NCBI GenBank assembly: GCA_965216875.1
Contig: OZ244207.1
Coordinates: 1,312,001-1,376,000 of the forward strand
DNA length: 64,000 nucleotides
Origin: Rubripirellula sp.
GTDB lineage: Bacteria; Planctomycetota; Planctomycetia; Pirellulales; Pirellulaceae
Direction of reading: 5' to 3'
Part shown: piece after piece, positions 1 through 10,476 of the stretch
How positions within the stretch are numbered: the first letter of the stretch is position 1
Layout of the letters: each line of letters opens with the position of its first letter
The notes under the pieces: model-generated
Seen by the model: the letters and a program-made list of their open reading frames with translations, nothing else
What the model was told of the DNA's origin: nothing
Database searches by the model: none
Translations under genes and position numbers: made by a program

Positions 1-482
1 ACCGTGTCGCCTTGATCACGATCCATTTCTTCGCTGTTGTAACGAAGAACCAGATTGATCTTGTAGTGTTGAGCCAAGAACTTCACACCGGAAGCGATGC
101 GTTGGTAGTTCTCGAAGTAGATCTTGGCTTCTGCGTCGCCAAGTTCTTTGCGTTTTCGGTTCATGTCCAAACGCAACTTCGATTCCATCGAAGCGACCAA
201 CTCTTCTTGTTGTGAGTAGGCGGCGGTGCCTACTTTCAACGTTTTCAGTTGAGCTGCCGCGTCTTGAAGTTCCTGACGCTTCTTCGTCAACTCGGCGTCG
301 TAAGCCTTCAGCTCGGATTCGACCTTGCTGACCTGGGCTTTGATGCCGGGATGGTTCTTGAAGATGTAGGCAACGTCGACAACCGCTACTCGGTGATAGT
401 CTTCAGCCGATGCAGTGACGGGTGCCAGTGCAGATAGAGTAACCAAGGCCATACCAATGGCCACTTTGCCGATAAATCGCAC
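1..482 (-). CDS. OmpH/Skp family periplasmic chaperone (3' end runs off the window)
   Basis: Not in the ORF track; translated by hand from GTG at 482 with a GGAGAG RBS upstream. MRFIGKVAIGMALVTLSALAPVTASAEDYHRVAVVDVAYIFKNHP gives a signal peptide, the Skp-like 'VAVVDV..IF' strand, then a long coiled coil and 'INLVLRY'. Confidence 0.8.
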   Translation of the reverse strand, partial: MRFIGKVAIGMALVTLSALAPVTASAEDYHRVAVVDVAYIFKNHPGIKAQVSKVESELKAYDAELTKKRQELQDAAAQLKTLKVGTAAYSQQEELVASMESKLRLDMNRKRKELGDAEAKIYFENYQRIASGVKFLAQHYKINLVLRYNSEEMDRDQGDT

Positions 483-760
483 GTCCGCTCTCCTTGCGTA
501 ATGGGTGCGCTTCCAATCTCTGACGATCATGCGTTCAAGTCGAACATTCGGCGTCCGTCGCCGAAATCCAAGGCATGTTTCGCCGTCACCGGAGGTTGCT
601 CCGATGACTCGATCGCTCGGGATTGTGTCACCACTTGGCGTGGGCGTAAAGGTTGATCATGACCGAACACGGTGCTCGGTAAAAACTTTTCGGAAAAACA
701 TGGTCCCCGGCGGCTAGCCGCTTGTTGGCACAACGATTCGTTATCGAAACGCCAACATGT

Positions 761-2770
761 CTAGGGTCGTTCTTCCAATTCCACCGTGATTTGCTTGGTC
801 GTTCCGTCGCGAAGAAATTCAATCGAGAGGCTTTCACCAGGGTTTTTACCCCGCATGAAATCCAGGACATCCGTCGAGGATGCAACGCTTTTCTTGCCCA
901 GTTTGACCAGCTGGTCGCCGGTGCGCAGTCCGCTTCGCTCGGCAGGTCCGTCAGGGGTCAGGCCCGAGATCGTCACCTTGTTGTCGTCATCCGAGAGGGT
1001 TACCCCAATGAAAGCCGTCATTTGACGGCGAATTTTGACGCGATTCTCGGTCTGTGCGTACGTTGGACGCTCCGCTTGGATCGCCAGCTCATGCGCGACT
1101 GCAGAAACTGTATCGGTTATGCGGGCCATGCCACCAAAATCGATTTTGTCGAAATCATCGGTTGGGCGGTGATAATCGTTGTGGAGCCCAGTAAAGAAGA
1201 ACAGGACCGGCACGCCAGCTTCGTAAAACGATTGGTGATCACTCGGCCCGTAGCCCGTTGCAACCTTCATCAAATTGAATTGCCCAATCTGGTTGGAGCG
1301 ATCAACCAGCTCATCAAATCCGGTGGCCGAACCCGTTCCGTAGACCGTCAATTCGTTGTCACGGATTCGGCCAACCATGTCCAAGTTGATCATGGCCACC
1401 GTCGATTCGATCGGGAAACGCGGGTTGCGGACATAGTGTTTGCTGCCCAACAGCCCCCGTTCTTCGCCGGTGAAGGCAATGAAAACGAATCGGCGATGCG
1501 AATCGACGTTGCGCAACCCATCAACCATGTTTCGAGCGATTGCTAGCATCGCCGAGGTGCCGCTCGCATTGTCGTCTGCGCCGTTGTGGATCGCGATCGT
1601 TCCCGGGGCGAGCGACCCGTAGCCTCCCATGCCGACATGGTCATAGTGAGCGCCGACGACGACCGTTTCATCGGCGAGGTCACCTTTGCCGGCAAGCGTG
1701 CCGATCACATTGCTGCTGGCGGCGTTGGTTGGTTTCAGTTCGATCTTGAGCGTGCAGTCGATGCCCATCAAATCAGCGCTGGCCGGTTTGGTGGCCTTGT
1801 CGATTTGTTGTTCGAGTTCTTCGAGGGATTTACCTGTTGAGCTCTTGAGGAGACTGCTTGCGAGTTGGCGGGAAATCGTCGCAACGGGAATGGAGTCGCG
1901 ATTGCCAATCCGACGACCAGCTTCCCCGACCTCAAGCAGGCCTTTCTGTGCACGATTCAAATCGGTTTGGAGTGATCGAATCATGTTGTCGATATCGTTG
2001 ATTCGACGAGCAAACGTACGGCGATTGTTTTTGGCTTCGGCTGGCAGTTGCTCAATCTCTTTTTGAATCTTTGCTTTGCGTTGCTGCTCGCGAAAGATCT
2101 TGCTGCGTTCGTTTTGAACGCCTGCTAGAACGCTGGTCGGGTCGTTGATGATGATGATCGCCGAGGCGCCATGTTTGATTGCGTTGGCGATTTTGGAGGC
2201 AAAGTAAGCGTGCGGCGTGTTGCGAGTCCCATTGAACTTGCTTGAAGGCACGTTCATGCCTGGTTCTTTGCGGATCACCATGACCACTTTGCCCTTGGCG
2301 TCGACGCCCGAATAGTCGTCGTAGCCGAACTCAGGTGCCGTGATTCCGTAACCTGCGAAAAGGACTCCACCGCTTACCGTGCCTGACGCTGATCCGATGG
2401 CGAGCGGGTTCATTGCTTCATCGAACTTGGCAGTGATCGGTTCGTCGTCGGTCAATTCGAATTTCAGGAAGTTGTTCTCGGGCAATCCGGCCCGTGCACC
2501 CAGGCTGATGCTCAGTTCTTGCATAGGCGAGCCATCGAACAGGTCGGTGTTGAGTCCGATTTCTTGCATCCGTGTGGCGACATAGTCGGCCGCAACGTGA
2601 ATGGAATCGTCGACCGAGCTGCGTCCCTTCAGTTCGTCGCTGGCAAGGTGCTGCAGGTCTGCGCGAAGTTGAGTTTGAGTCTTTCGAGAGAACTCGCTGC
2701 TACGAGGACGTTCGGCCAGTCCCGTGGCGGTTACGGAAAGAGCGATCAGGCAAAAGGAAAGCATGCGCAT
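761..2770 (-). CDS. M28 family metallopeptidase with PA insert and C-terminal PDZ domain
   Basis: Motifs GAHYDHVG, NGADDNASG, FTGEERGLLGS, INLDMVGR, SDH and YHRPTDD; PDZ-like tail; signal peptide from MRMLSF. Confidence 0.9.
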   Translation of the reverse strand: MRMLSFCLIALSVTATGLAERPRSSEFSRKTQTQLRADLQHLASDELKGRSSVDDSIHVAADYVATRMQEIGLNTDLFDGSPMQELSISLGARAGLPENNFLKFELTDDEPITAKFDEAMNPLAIGSASGTVSGGVLFAGYGITAPEFGYDDYSGVDAKGKVVMVIRKEPGMNVPSSKFNGTRNTPHAYFASKIANAIKHGASAIIIINDPTSVLAGVQNERSKIFREQQRKAKIQKEIEQLPAEAKNNRRTFARRINDIDNMIRSLQTDLNRAQKGLLEVGEAGRRIGNRDSIPVATISRQLASSLLKSSTGKSLEELEQQIDKATKPASADLMGIDCTLKIELKPTNAASSNVIGTLAGKGDLADETVVVGAHYDHVGMGGYGSLAPGTIAIHNGADDNASGTSAMLAIARNMVDGLRNVDSHRRFVFIAFTGEERGLLGSKHYVRNPRFPIESTVAMINLDMVGRIRDNELTVYGTGSATGFDELVDRSNQIGQFNLMKVATGYGPSDHQSFYEAGVPVLFFFTGLHNDYHRPTDDFDKIDFGGMARITDTVSAVAHELAIQAERPTYAQTENRVKIRRQMTAFIGVTLSDDDNKVTISGLTPDGPAERSGLRTGDQLVKLGKKSVASSTDVLDFMRGKNPGESLSIEFLRDGTTKQITVELEERP

Positions 2771-3183
2771 GATCAATGTCGAGACTCCGGAATCGGTTGG
2801 GATCTTGATTTCGCGTTGGCCGTGTTCGGCAAGGCGGCCGTGCCACCTCGCGACACAAGTGCGAGAGCGGTTCATCGAGACCTCAGCATAGTGGACTGCA
2901 AAGAGACGCCACAGTGTCGGCGGGCGACGATTTGCAAATCAGAGGCCGGATTGTGGGGCTCGAAACATCGCCGTCAGCCCTTTTCGGAAAAGTCTTCCAA
3001 ACCGGAAGGGTCTGGGCGAAAGTCGCGACATATCTGATCAGGTTCACGGGCCCCGGAGCTCCATTGCGGGGTGAATTTCGCTAATTGGACGCCACGGTTG
3101 GGGATCGGCTAGGATAGACGGGACCTTTTCAAATCCCGACCCCACCTACAAGCCACCACGGTCGGCCCTTTTCAGCGATTGCG

Positions 3184-4092
3184 ATGGCTTGTTGGCATGC
3201 GACCGATGCCATGAATGCAGACGATCTACACGACCTGTACAAAATGTTGCGCGGCAGCCGTTCCGCGTTGATGGTTCTTGATGCTCGCGGCCTTTTCATG
3301 GATCGCCAATATGAAAAAGCGCTCGCGCTGTTGGTCGAGTCTCGAGATGCCTTCGCGGAAAGTCGCACTCGGTTGATGAAGCAGGATGCCGAAGCTGAAG
3401 GTGCAAAGACCAAGGGAAAAGACAAGGCAAAGAACAAGGAAGCTGAGCGGGCGGCGCGTCGCATCAAACGAAAGCAAGACAAGGTGAAGGAGATTCTTGA
3501 CACCTTCGATGAACTTGTGCCACAAGTTGAAAAGCTCGCTAAACGGCGCGCCGACCGACAACCGACCGAGAAGGTGGACGCGGCACCCGAGGCTGCGGAG
3601 CCAAGCGAAGCTGCGGAGTCGAATGCCGAATCGATCGGGCAGTCGGGTGGTGGATCCGGACGCCAAGTATTGGACTTGCCAAGAACGTCTTCGATCCCAG
3701 CTCGGCCGAGTGAAGTGACCCGTGAGTTTTCCGAGGCCTTCCGCGCTTCTTCGGGTGATCAACAGCTGGGGGTCATCAGCCAGTTTTTTGGCTTTTGCGA
3801 AGTGCAGTCTGAAAGTGACATTCATGCCGACGCGCTCTACTACATTCGCAGCGGCGAGAAGAGTTTCTTGATTCGTACGCTAGCGGATGCTTCGGTCGCC
3901 GGCGAAATCACGATGGCGACCGCGATCGATTCCAAACCGATGAAGCCGTTCAAGCCGAAGGCGTTTTTGAAGCTCGGCAAGAAACGAAAGATGGTGCTTC
4001 TGACATCGCGATCGCGAACCGACGCGGGCGACGCCGCCGCGGAGTACGATACTCAGTACGACACCGATTTTGACACCGACTTTGACCTCTAG
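3184..4092 (+). CDS. hypothetical protein (helical/coiled-coil N-terminus)
   Basis: 302-aa ORF filling the gap, co-oriented with the next gene; no motif recognised; start uncertain (possibly 3211). Confidence 0.65.
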   Translation: MACWHATDAMNADDLHDLYKMLRGSRSALMVLDARGLFMDRQYEKALALLVESRDAFAESRTRLMKQDAEAEGAKTKGKDKAKNKEAERAARRIKRKQDKVKEILDTFDELVPQVEKLAKRRADRQPTEKVDAAPEAAEPSEAAESNAESIGQSGGGSGRQVLDLPRTSSIPARPSEVTREFSEAFRASSGDQQLGVISQFFGFCEVQSESDIHADALYYIRSGEKSFLIRTLADASVAGEITMATAIDSKPMKPFKPKAFLKLGKKRKMVLLTSRSRTDAGDAAAEYDTQYDTDFDTDFDL

Positions 4093-4104
4093 CTCGGATT
4101 CGGC

Positions 4105-5139
4105 ATGACGACCGCAGAGGAAAGCGAACCCACTGAAGATCAGCTCGCGATTCGCAGCTACTTCGAATCGGATCGATTTCACGCGGGGCGAGTGATCCAG
4201 CATGCAAAATTGCCGCGGCGGCCGATGGATTCGCTGCCCGTTTTCGCCGCAAGCGGGATTCCCAGCTTGGTGATGGGCATCTTTGGATTGGCGGCGTTGA
4301 CCTGCGTGTTTGGCGCGGCGTTGCCGATGGTGATGCATTTCATCGAGGAATCCAACATCGGCAGGCCAAGCTATCTCTGGATGATGGTGCTCGTACAGTC
4401 GGTCCTCTACCCGCCGCTGCTCGCGTTTGCGTTTTCGATCACTGCCCCGATGTTCCATCACATTGCGCTCAGCGCGCGGTGTCTGCTCTCAGCGCTTGCG
4501 ACGCTGCCGGGTTGTTTTTGCTTTCTGATTTCGATCGAGTTCTTTGAAGGGCATCGCAACAGTATTTGGTACGACTTCTTCATTGTGATGTCCGCCTGTT
4601 TCGTCGCGGTGGCAAGTGTCGCGGTGATCATTCAGCTGTTCACCCCTTGGACGGCGACCCATTTGCTAAGGCGAGGTCAGTCGTTGCCGCAAACGGGCTT
4701 GCGATCGTTGATCGAATTGACCGCGATTGCGGCGGCCGCTTGTGCCGTGATCATGGCCAACAATTTCATGGAATACTGGGAAGGAGTCCTTCTGTTTGCT
4801 GGGGTGGGTCTGATCCTTTCCTTCACAATCATCTCGGTGATGATGGCGTTCTTGCGGCCGCGGGGGATTAACCCGTGGGCGATCGTGATCGGCATGTGTT
4901 TTACGTTTGCTGCCGCGTTTTTCGTCTCGGGCTTCTTTGCCGCCCTCGAATTCGGCTGGGACGCGATCGGCCAGGACGCCCTCTATGTTGGCGTTGCCGC
5001 GTTTTACGGTTCGATCGTTATCACCCTGGTGATGGCGATGTGCATTGTTTGGCTTCGCTCATGCGGTTGGAGTTGTATCCATCGGCGTGAGTACCAGAAA
5101 GCGATCGAGTCCGAGTTGGGAGACGAAGATTTCCAGTGA
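4105..5139 (+). CDS. multi-pass membrane protein
   Basis: 344-aa ORF with about 9 hydrophobic segments. Confidence 0.7.
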   Translation: MTTAEESEPTEDQLAIRSYFESDRFHAGRVIQHAKLPRRPMDSLPVFAASGIPSLVMGIFGLAALTCVFGAALPMVMHFIEESNIGRPSYLWMMVLVQSVLYPPLLAFAFSITAPMFHHIALSARCLLSALATLPGCFCFLISIEFFEGHRNSIWYDFFIVMSACFVAVASVAVIIQLFTPWTATHLLRRGQSLPQTGLRSLIELTAIAAAACAVIMANNFMEYWEGVLLFAGVGLILSFTIISVMMAFLRPRGINPWAIVIGMCFTFAAAFFVSGFFAALEFGWDAIGQDALYVGVAAFYGSIVITLVMAMCIVWLRSCGWSCIHRREYQKAIESELGDEDFQ

Positions 5140-5223
5140 GCCGTGATCGCGTAAGCGGCCGGGCTTTGTTTGTTGTGCGATACTGCCGGATCTGCGTCGC
5201 TGTCGCTCCTTGATCCGGCCTAC
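5136..5223. repeat. REP-like palindromic repeat pair (GTGAGCCG.GATCGCGTAAGCGGCCGGG type plus GTAGGCCGGATCAAGGAGCGACAGCG type)
   Basis: First type at 5136-5163 recurs at 8903-8929, 16923-16950 and 38620-38647. Second type at 5184-5223 (minus) recurs at 22186-22225, 38553-38592 and 38732-38771. Confidence 0.85.
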
Positions 5224-5651
5224 TTTGCAAATAACTGACTCCGGTCCTTGAACGCTTTGAATTCGAGCGCGTTGCCGGATGGGTCGAGAAAGAACATGGT
5301 GGCTTGTTCGCCCACTTCCCCTTTGAAGCGAACGTAGGGTTCGATCACAAACTCGATCCCCTTCGCTTTGAGTCTCTCGGCCAGCTGTTGCCACTGTTGC
5401 ATTTCGAGCACAACACCAAAGTGCGGCACGGGGACATCGTGGCCATCGACGGCGTTGTGGTGATTGCGCGCTGCGTCGACTTGCATGTTCGGTTTTTCGT
5501 GGGCGACGATTTGATGTCCAAACAGGTCATAGTCGACCCAGGTCGTGTCGCTGCGCCCTTCGGGCAGTCCAAGCACGTCACCGTAAAACTCTCTCGCCAC
5601 GCCAATGTCGTGAACCGGGAACGCATGATGAAACGGGGTAAGGTTTGGCAT
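5220..5651 (-). CDS. VOC/glyoxalase (extradiol dioxygenase-like) family protein
   Basis: [25 protein letters not shown] and [13 protein letters not shown] motifs; start taken at MPNLTPF. Confidence 0.9.
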   Translation of the reverse strand: MPNLTPFHHAFPVHDIGVAREFYGDVLGLPEGRSDTTWVDYDLFGHQIVAHEKPNMQVDAARNHHNAVDGHDVPVPHFGVVLEMQQWQQLAERLKAKGIEFVIEPYVRFKGEVGEQATMFFLDPSGNALEFKAFKDRSQLFAK

Positions 5652-5655
5652 CGAT

Positions 5656-6750
5656 TCAATCCTTGGGGTGGCTCGTTCCAGCGACGACGCGATGGTTTTC
5701 GGAGTCGCCGACAAAGTAGCCATGCTCGGGGTGGAAGGAAATCCCGTGCGGCCGTTTCAAGGCCGTGGTTCTGTCCGATTGATTTCCGCCCATCGCGGTT
5801 TCGACCGTCCCCTGCTGGAGGTTGATGCGCCGGATGGCATGGTTCTCGGTGTCGACAACAAGCAGTCTTCCTCGCGAGGACATCACCAAACCCTTGGGGC
5901 CAGCGAACGTTGCATCCAGCGCCTTGCCCCCGTCCCCCGTGTATCCTTTCTTTCCGGTTCCCGCGACGCGGTGCAGTTTGTCGGTGGACCGGTCAATGCG
6001 CCAGATACTGTTCCCTTCGCGGAGCGCGATCCAGATCGAGTCCTCGTCGACCGCAAGTGAGCGTGGACCAAACAACGGCGCACCGAGCGCGTCCTGGCCG
6101 TCGATTGGCATTTTGCGTTTGCCCGTTCCTGAGATCGTCGTCACGATTCCCGTTTTGAGGTCGATGCGACGCAAGCGGTGATTGCCCGTGTCGGCAACAA
6201 GCAATCCGCCGGACGGGTCAAGCACCACGCTGTGAGGCTGTTTGAACTGAACATCCGTGCCCGACTTACCGTCGCCGGCGAAACCAGGTTTGCCGTTTCC
6301 GGCCAGGGTGGTGACGACGCCGGACTTTGCGTCGATGAATCGAATCACATGGTTGCGAGTGTCTGCGACGTACAAATTGCCCGACGGGTCGATCCGAACT
6401 TCGTGTGGCCAATTGAAGGCGGCCTCGGTTGCCGGGCCGCCGTCGCCGGTGTAGCCAAGTGTTCCGTTGCCAGCGATGCGCCGCAGCTTTTTGCCGGTGA
6501 CATCGGTTTTCCAAACGCATTGGTCGTCAACGGTGGTCAGCCACACGTCGTTGCCAATGATCTCGACTCCAAAGGGGTTGCCAAGCTTGATTGCCGTCGC
6601 GGGGCCGTTGGGTTGGTCCGCTTCGTAGGGGGACGATCGTTTGTTCGGTTGGCCCGATCCGGCGAAAGGACGAACGTCGTCGGCCAAGACGGAGCACGCG
6701 AAGGAGGCAAGAAAGAGAGGCAGGCAGTGACACGCAAACGAGCGAAGCAT
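5656..6750 (-). CDS. secreted NHL-repeat beta-propeller protein
   Basis: Repeated 'AG.G..GY.GDGG.A..A.F..P' and 'VADT.NH.IR.ID' units; signal peptide from MLRSF. Confidence 0.9.
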   Translation of the reverse strand: MLRSFACHCLPLFLASFACSVLADDVRPFAGSGQPNKRSSPYEADQPNGPATAIKLGNPFGVEIIGNDVWLTTVDDQCVWKTDVTGKKLRRIAGNGTLGYTGDGGPATEAAFNWPHEVRIDPSGNLYVADTRNHVIRFIDAKSGVVTTLAGNGKPGFAGDGKSGTDVQFKQPHSVVLDPSGGLLVADTGNHRLRRIDLKTGIVTTISGTGKRKMPIDGQDALGAPLFGPRSLAVDEDSIWIALREGNSIWRIDRSTDKLHRVAGTGKKGYTGDGGKALDATFAGPKGLVMSSRGRLLVVDTENHAIRRINLQQGTVETAMGGNQSDRTTALKRPHGISFHPEHGYFVGDSENHRVVAGTSHPKD

Positions 6751-6848
6751 AGGAAGTTTGTCAGAGGTGGGTGGGGTTGGTGGGAGCCCGTTCAATTTAG
6801 CGAGCCGAATCTCGTTTTTCAGCAGGGAGGCGGTTTTTCGGCAGGGAG

Positions 6849-8786
6849 GTGAACTGGCTGCCTGAATCACGGTACGATCATGGCTTCAAATCCACCGTCG
6901 GGGAAAACGAATTCGTGCAAAAAGTCGAAGTCAGCGTTTGGGAAGGAAAGACGGAGCTTTGGACCGGGATTTCGAAGACACCGCTTGAGATTGGTCGCCA
7001 GCAAGAGGGCGATTCGGGCCCGCTCGAGTTGCAGGATCTCGGTGCCAGTCAGCGTTTGGTGATCGCACCCGTGTCGGCACGCTCGATTCCGCGCCAAGCA
7101 TTGCGCGTCGAATCCCCCAATGAACGCACGATTCGAGTCGCGAACATCCATCCGCGGCTTTCGTTTTATGTTGGAACCGAAGCGAAGCCACTCGGACCCG
7201 GCGAATCGTTTGAAGCCGGTGACGAGATTGTCGTATCGCTCCCAGAAAACCGAACGGTGCGCGTCCAGTCCTGCGGAGTCGACAGTGGGGTTGCGCCCGC
7301 GAGCAGTGGTATGGACGCATTGGCGACCAACTACCGGACGCTGTCAGCACCGCTTGAATCGACCTTCGAAAAAGATTCGCCCGTTCGTTTTAACGAGCTG
7401 TTTGGCGAAAAGAACCGTGAAGACCAAGGTCGCGTCGCTGTCGAGTTGGTGCGTTCGGCACTGACCGTTGTCCAGCAGGCGGCAGGATCGAACGAGTTTT
7501 ATGACTCGGCGGTGCGTAGTGTTGCAACGATGGTCGAACTCGATCGCGCGCTCGTGTTGGAACGCATCGGTGATCGCTGGAAAGTTCGCTCGGCCTACTC
7601 CAATTCGATGGCCAGTTCGATCGATACGGAATCGGAAGAGCCGTCGTACAGCCGCTCGTTGCTACAGCGTGTGTTGCGCACTGGAAAGACGATCATCTAC
7701 GATCCGGCCAACTACATGCACACTCAAGATTCGTCGATGATGATCTTGGATCGTGCGGTCGCTGCGCCGATCGTTGATGAAAAGGGAAACGTGATCGCTG
7801 CCCTGTATGGTGACCGCAAATACGGATCAGGCAACCAAGACACACCTATCGGCGATCTTGAAGCGGCGCTGTTGGACGTGATGGCCAGTGCCGTTGCATC
7901 GGGCATCAATCGCCAACGTCAAGAAGCGATTCGTTCTAACCTGACGCAATTCTTTTCACATGAGATCGCGGCGCGGCTTGAGAAAGATGACGGCACGTTG
8001 CTTGAAGGACGCGATGCTGAAGTCAGCGTTCTGTTTTGTGACATTCGAGGATTCAGCGCGATCTCCGAGCGTGTTGGAGCGAGGCGAACGATCGAATGGA
8101 TCAACGACGTTTTAACCGAACTGAGTCATTGCGTGATCCGACAGCATGGCGTGTTGGTCGATTATGTGGGCGACGAAGTGATGGCGATGTGGGGCGCGCC
8201 CGATGATCAGCCCGATCATGCGGTCCGCGCCTGTCGCGCCGCCGTTGAAATGCTTAGCTTTATCGAACCGCTGCGCGAACGCTGGAAGGAAATCACGCCC
8301 GACAAGTTTGGCTTTGGGATCGGGATCAGCACCGGAGTTGCCCGCGTTGGCAACACCGGGTCGAAGGTGAAGTTCAAGTATGGACCACTCGGCCCGACGG
8401 TGAACCTGGCCAGTCGAGTTCAAGGCATTACCAAGAAGCTGGGTGTGGCCGGCCTGATCACCGATTCGACCGCCGAGGCAGTCGGTCGCGCGTTTGACCA
8501 TCGACGACTTGCGGTGGTGCGCCCGGTCGGTTTCACCGAACCGGTTGGGCTTCATGAACTGAAAGAAGGTGCCAACGAAGACTGGCGCCAAATGGCTCAC
8601 CGATATGAATCGGCGCTTGCATCATTCGACAGCGGGGACCTCACTGGTGCGGCCCGTCAGCTTGCATCTCTTGTCCATGACCACCCCGAAGACAATCCGA
8701 GCGTCGTTCTCTTGGGACGTGTGGTCGACGCGCTGACGCGGAAAGAAGAACGGGTCGATCCCGTTTGGGTGATGGACAGCAAGTGA
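6849..8786 (+). CDS. class III adenylate/guanylate cyclase with N-terminal FHA-like and GAF domains
   Basis: VSVLFCDIRGFS, YVGDEVMAMWGAP, GIGISTG and GPTVNLASRVQ cyclase motifs; GAF-like AVAAPI..ALYGDR; start may be GTG at 6915. Confidence 0.9.
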   Translation: MNWLPESRYDHGFKSTVGENEFVQKVEVSVWEGKTELWTGISKTPLEIGRQQEGDSGPLELQDLGASQRLVIAPVSARSIPRQALRVESPNERTIRVANIHPRLSFYVGTEAKPLGPGESFEAGDEIVVSLPENRTVRVQSCGVDSGVAPASSGMDALATNYRTLSAPLESTFEKDSPVRFNELFGEKNREDQGRVAVELVRSALTVVQQAAGSNEFYDSAVRSVATMVELDRALVLERIGDRWKVRSAYSNSMASSIDTESEEPSYSRSLLQRVLRTGKTIIYDPANYMHTQDSSMMILDRAVAAPIVDEKGNVIAALYGDRKYGSGNQDTPIGDLEAALLDVMASAVASGINRQRQEAIRSNLTQFFSHEIAARLEKDDGTLLEGRDAEVSVLFCDIRGFSAISERVGARRTIEWINDVLTELSHCVIRQHGVLVDYVGDEVMAMWGAPDDQPDHAVRACRAAVEMLSFIEPLRERWKEITPDKFGFGIGISTGVARVGNTGSKVKFKYGPLGPTVNLASRVQGITKKLGVAGLITDSTAEAVGRAFDHRRLAVVRPVGFTEPVGLHELKEGANEDWRQMAHRYESALASFDSGDLTGAARQLASLVHDHPEDNPSVVLLGRVVDALTRKEERVDPVWVMDSK

Positions 8787-8797
8787 TCCAAAAGATT

Positions 8798-8859
8798 GTC
8801 GCCTTTCGCTCCGCGAAAGCAACGCTGTTAAACGCAACTTTCGCGGAGCGAAAGGCGAC
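8798..8859. repeat. REP-like inverted repeat (22-bp perfect arms) between convergent genes; possible terminator
   Basis: GTCGCCTTTCGCTCCGCGAAAG ... CTTTCGCGGAGCGAAAGGCGAC. Confidence 0.85.
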
Positions 8860-8981
8860 TCTATCGAAGCTCGACTTCAAGAAAGTCAGCTCGAATTGAA
8901 TGCCCGGCCGCTTACGCGATCACGGCTCAATGTTCTGGTGCCGCGTTTTCGCCTCAGTCATTCGACTTGATTGCCCAGCGC

Positions 8982-10052
8982 CTACTTGTTTTGCGGTGCG
9001 GCGGGTTGCTGTGCCATCTGTGGATTCGTTGGCATGTAGGGATTGCGGTGCACCTTCCAGTTGGCTGGTGGCTTTTGGGGGATGAAGTTCTTCAGGAAGC
9101 TGTTCATCACTCCGGCAATGATGCCGTTTCGTTTGACGTCGGTGAACTCGTAATGATCCCACTCGGCCGCGGTCTTGGCGTTGAAGTTCGGCGGGTAAAG
9201 GATCAGCGCGTGTGGCAGGAACGTCTTCTTATTCAAAGCGATCTGAACCAGTTTGTATTGTGCACGGTCTTCTTGGGTCTTTGGCCAAGCTTCGACCATG
9301 TAGACGTCGGTTCCTTCAGGAGCTTTGACCTGACGGATCCAGTAACGCTGCTTGATTTTCGCAGCATCAAGATTGAAGACGAACGGCAGCGGACTGTTGA
9401 AGATTTCTTTGCCGCGAAGGTTTGGCGGCAGGTCTTGGATGTTGCACTCTTCTTTATTGCGATCGTATTCGATGATCTTCTCGCCGTCGCAAACCCAGTA
9501 TTCGCCGTGAGTGTTGAGCCGAGTCTTGGGGTTCACCTTGGGGGCGAATTGAGGTTTGCCTTCTTGCATGTGCGTGAAGTAGAGCAAGCTGTCGACACGG
9601 AATAGTCCGCGGTCAGGTGCGGCATACTTGATCGCTCCTTCGGCATACCGGGCGTGAACACCCGCGGGAGCGGCAAGCATGTCAAAGTGCCAGCGTTTAA
9701 AGCCGCACTCGAGCGTTTTGGTACCCTTGCTCTGCATTTCCCAACTGGCCAGCAGTTGATTGAGCTGTGCTTCGGCTGCAGCATTGAGCGGTGGAAAGGG
9801 TGCGGCCGCCTGAGCAGGTGCTGCCGTTCGTGCCTGTCCCTGTGCGGCTGCCAGTGGCTGTCGAGCGGTTTGACCCTGCTGGGCAGGTTGCGTCTGAGTG
9901 CGTGCGTCCTGGACGTATTGCTGTGCGGTGTTGGCTCCGCTTTGACCGGCATTGGCTCCACCACGTGCGTAGCTAGGAGTTCCCGCTTGTTGGGCAAGAG
10001 CGGGAGCCGAGATTAGTGCGGCGAAAATTGTGGCCCATGTCAGTCGCATCAT
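8982..10052 (-). CDS. planctomycete exported protein, LolA-like (TIGR03009-type)
   Basis: Signal peptide, Gln/Ala-rich linker, then 'LLASWE..SK..KTLEC.FKRW', 'GEYWVCDG' and 'SPLPFVF' pattern. Confidence 0.7.
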   Translation of the reverse strand: MMRLTWATIFAALISAPALAQQAGTPSYARGGANAGQSGANTAQQYVQDARTQTQPAQQGQTARQPLAAAQGQARTAAPAQAAAPFPPLNAAAEAQLNQLLASWEMQSKGTKTLECGFKRWHFDMLAAPAGVHARYAEGAIKYAAPDRGLFRVDSLLYFTHMQEGKPQFAPKVNPKTRLNTHGEYWVCDGEKIIEYDRNKEECNIQDLPPNLRGKEIFNSPLPFVFNLDAAKIKQRYWIRQVKAPEGTDVYMVEAWPKTQEDRAQYKLVQIALNKKTFLPHALILYPPNFNAKTAAEWDHYEFTDVKRNGIIAGVMNSFLKNFIPQKPPANWKVHRNPYMPTNPQMAQQPAAPQNK

Positions 10053-10213
10053 CCGTGACGCCTGTTAGGTGCGAGGTGCAATGAACGTCGAGTTTCGCTG
10101 CGCATCCGAACGGCAGCGTGGGCGGATCGTAGCAACGACGGTCGATGAGGCGAAAGAGGAATCTCGCAGGACGCTGCGGAGAGGCGTCGGTTTGTGAACT
10201 GCGCTTATTAACA

Positions 10214-10319
10214 CTCTCCCTTGGGAGAGTCGGGCTCTAAGGCCCGGAGAGGGTTTGTTTATCGGAATCAATCCCTCCTCGGACTTTGCGTCCGACCCTC
10301 CCGCAAGCGGGAGGGTGAT
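10214..10319. repeat. MITE/REP-like element (CCCTCCCGCAAGCGGGAGGG hairpin family)
   Basis: A closely similar inverted copy lies at 41310-41409. Confidence 0.85.
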
Positions 10320-10476
10320 TTGCACGTTGCACCGCGTGAAACTTGCCGGGCGGACGTTGCAAACACATCGAACTCGCGATTGTGTCATCACTCTGATGGT
10401 CAAATCGGCCCGTGAAACTCACCTCGCTAATATTTTGCGATTTGAGAAGCTCTACGGGTCATGACGATTCGGCGGA

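Noticed and set aside
4045..4089. 12-bp repeat encoding YDTQ-YDTD-FDTD-FDL
   Set aside because: Short, degenerate coding microrepeat at an acidic C-terminus with no evidence of a separate function.
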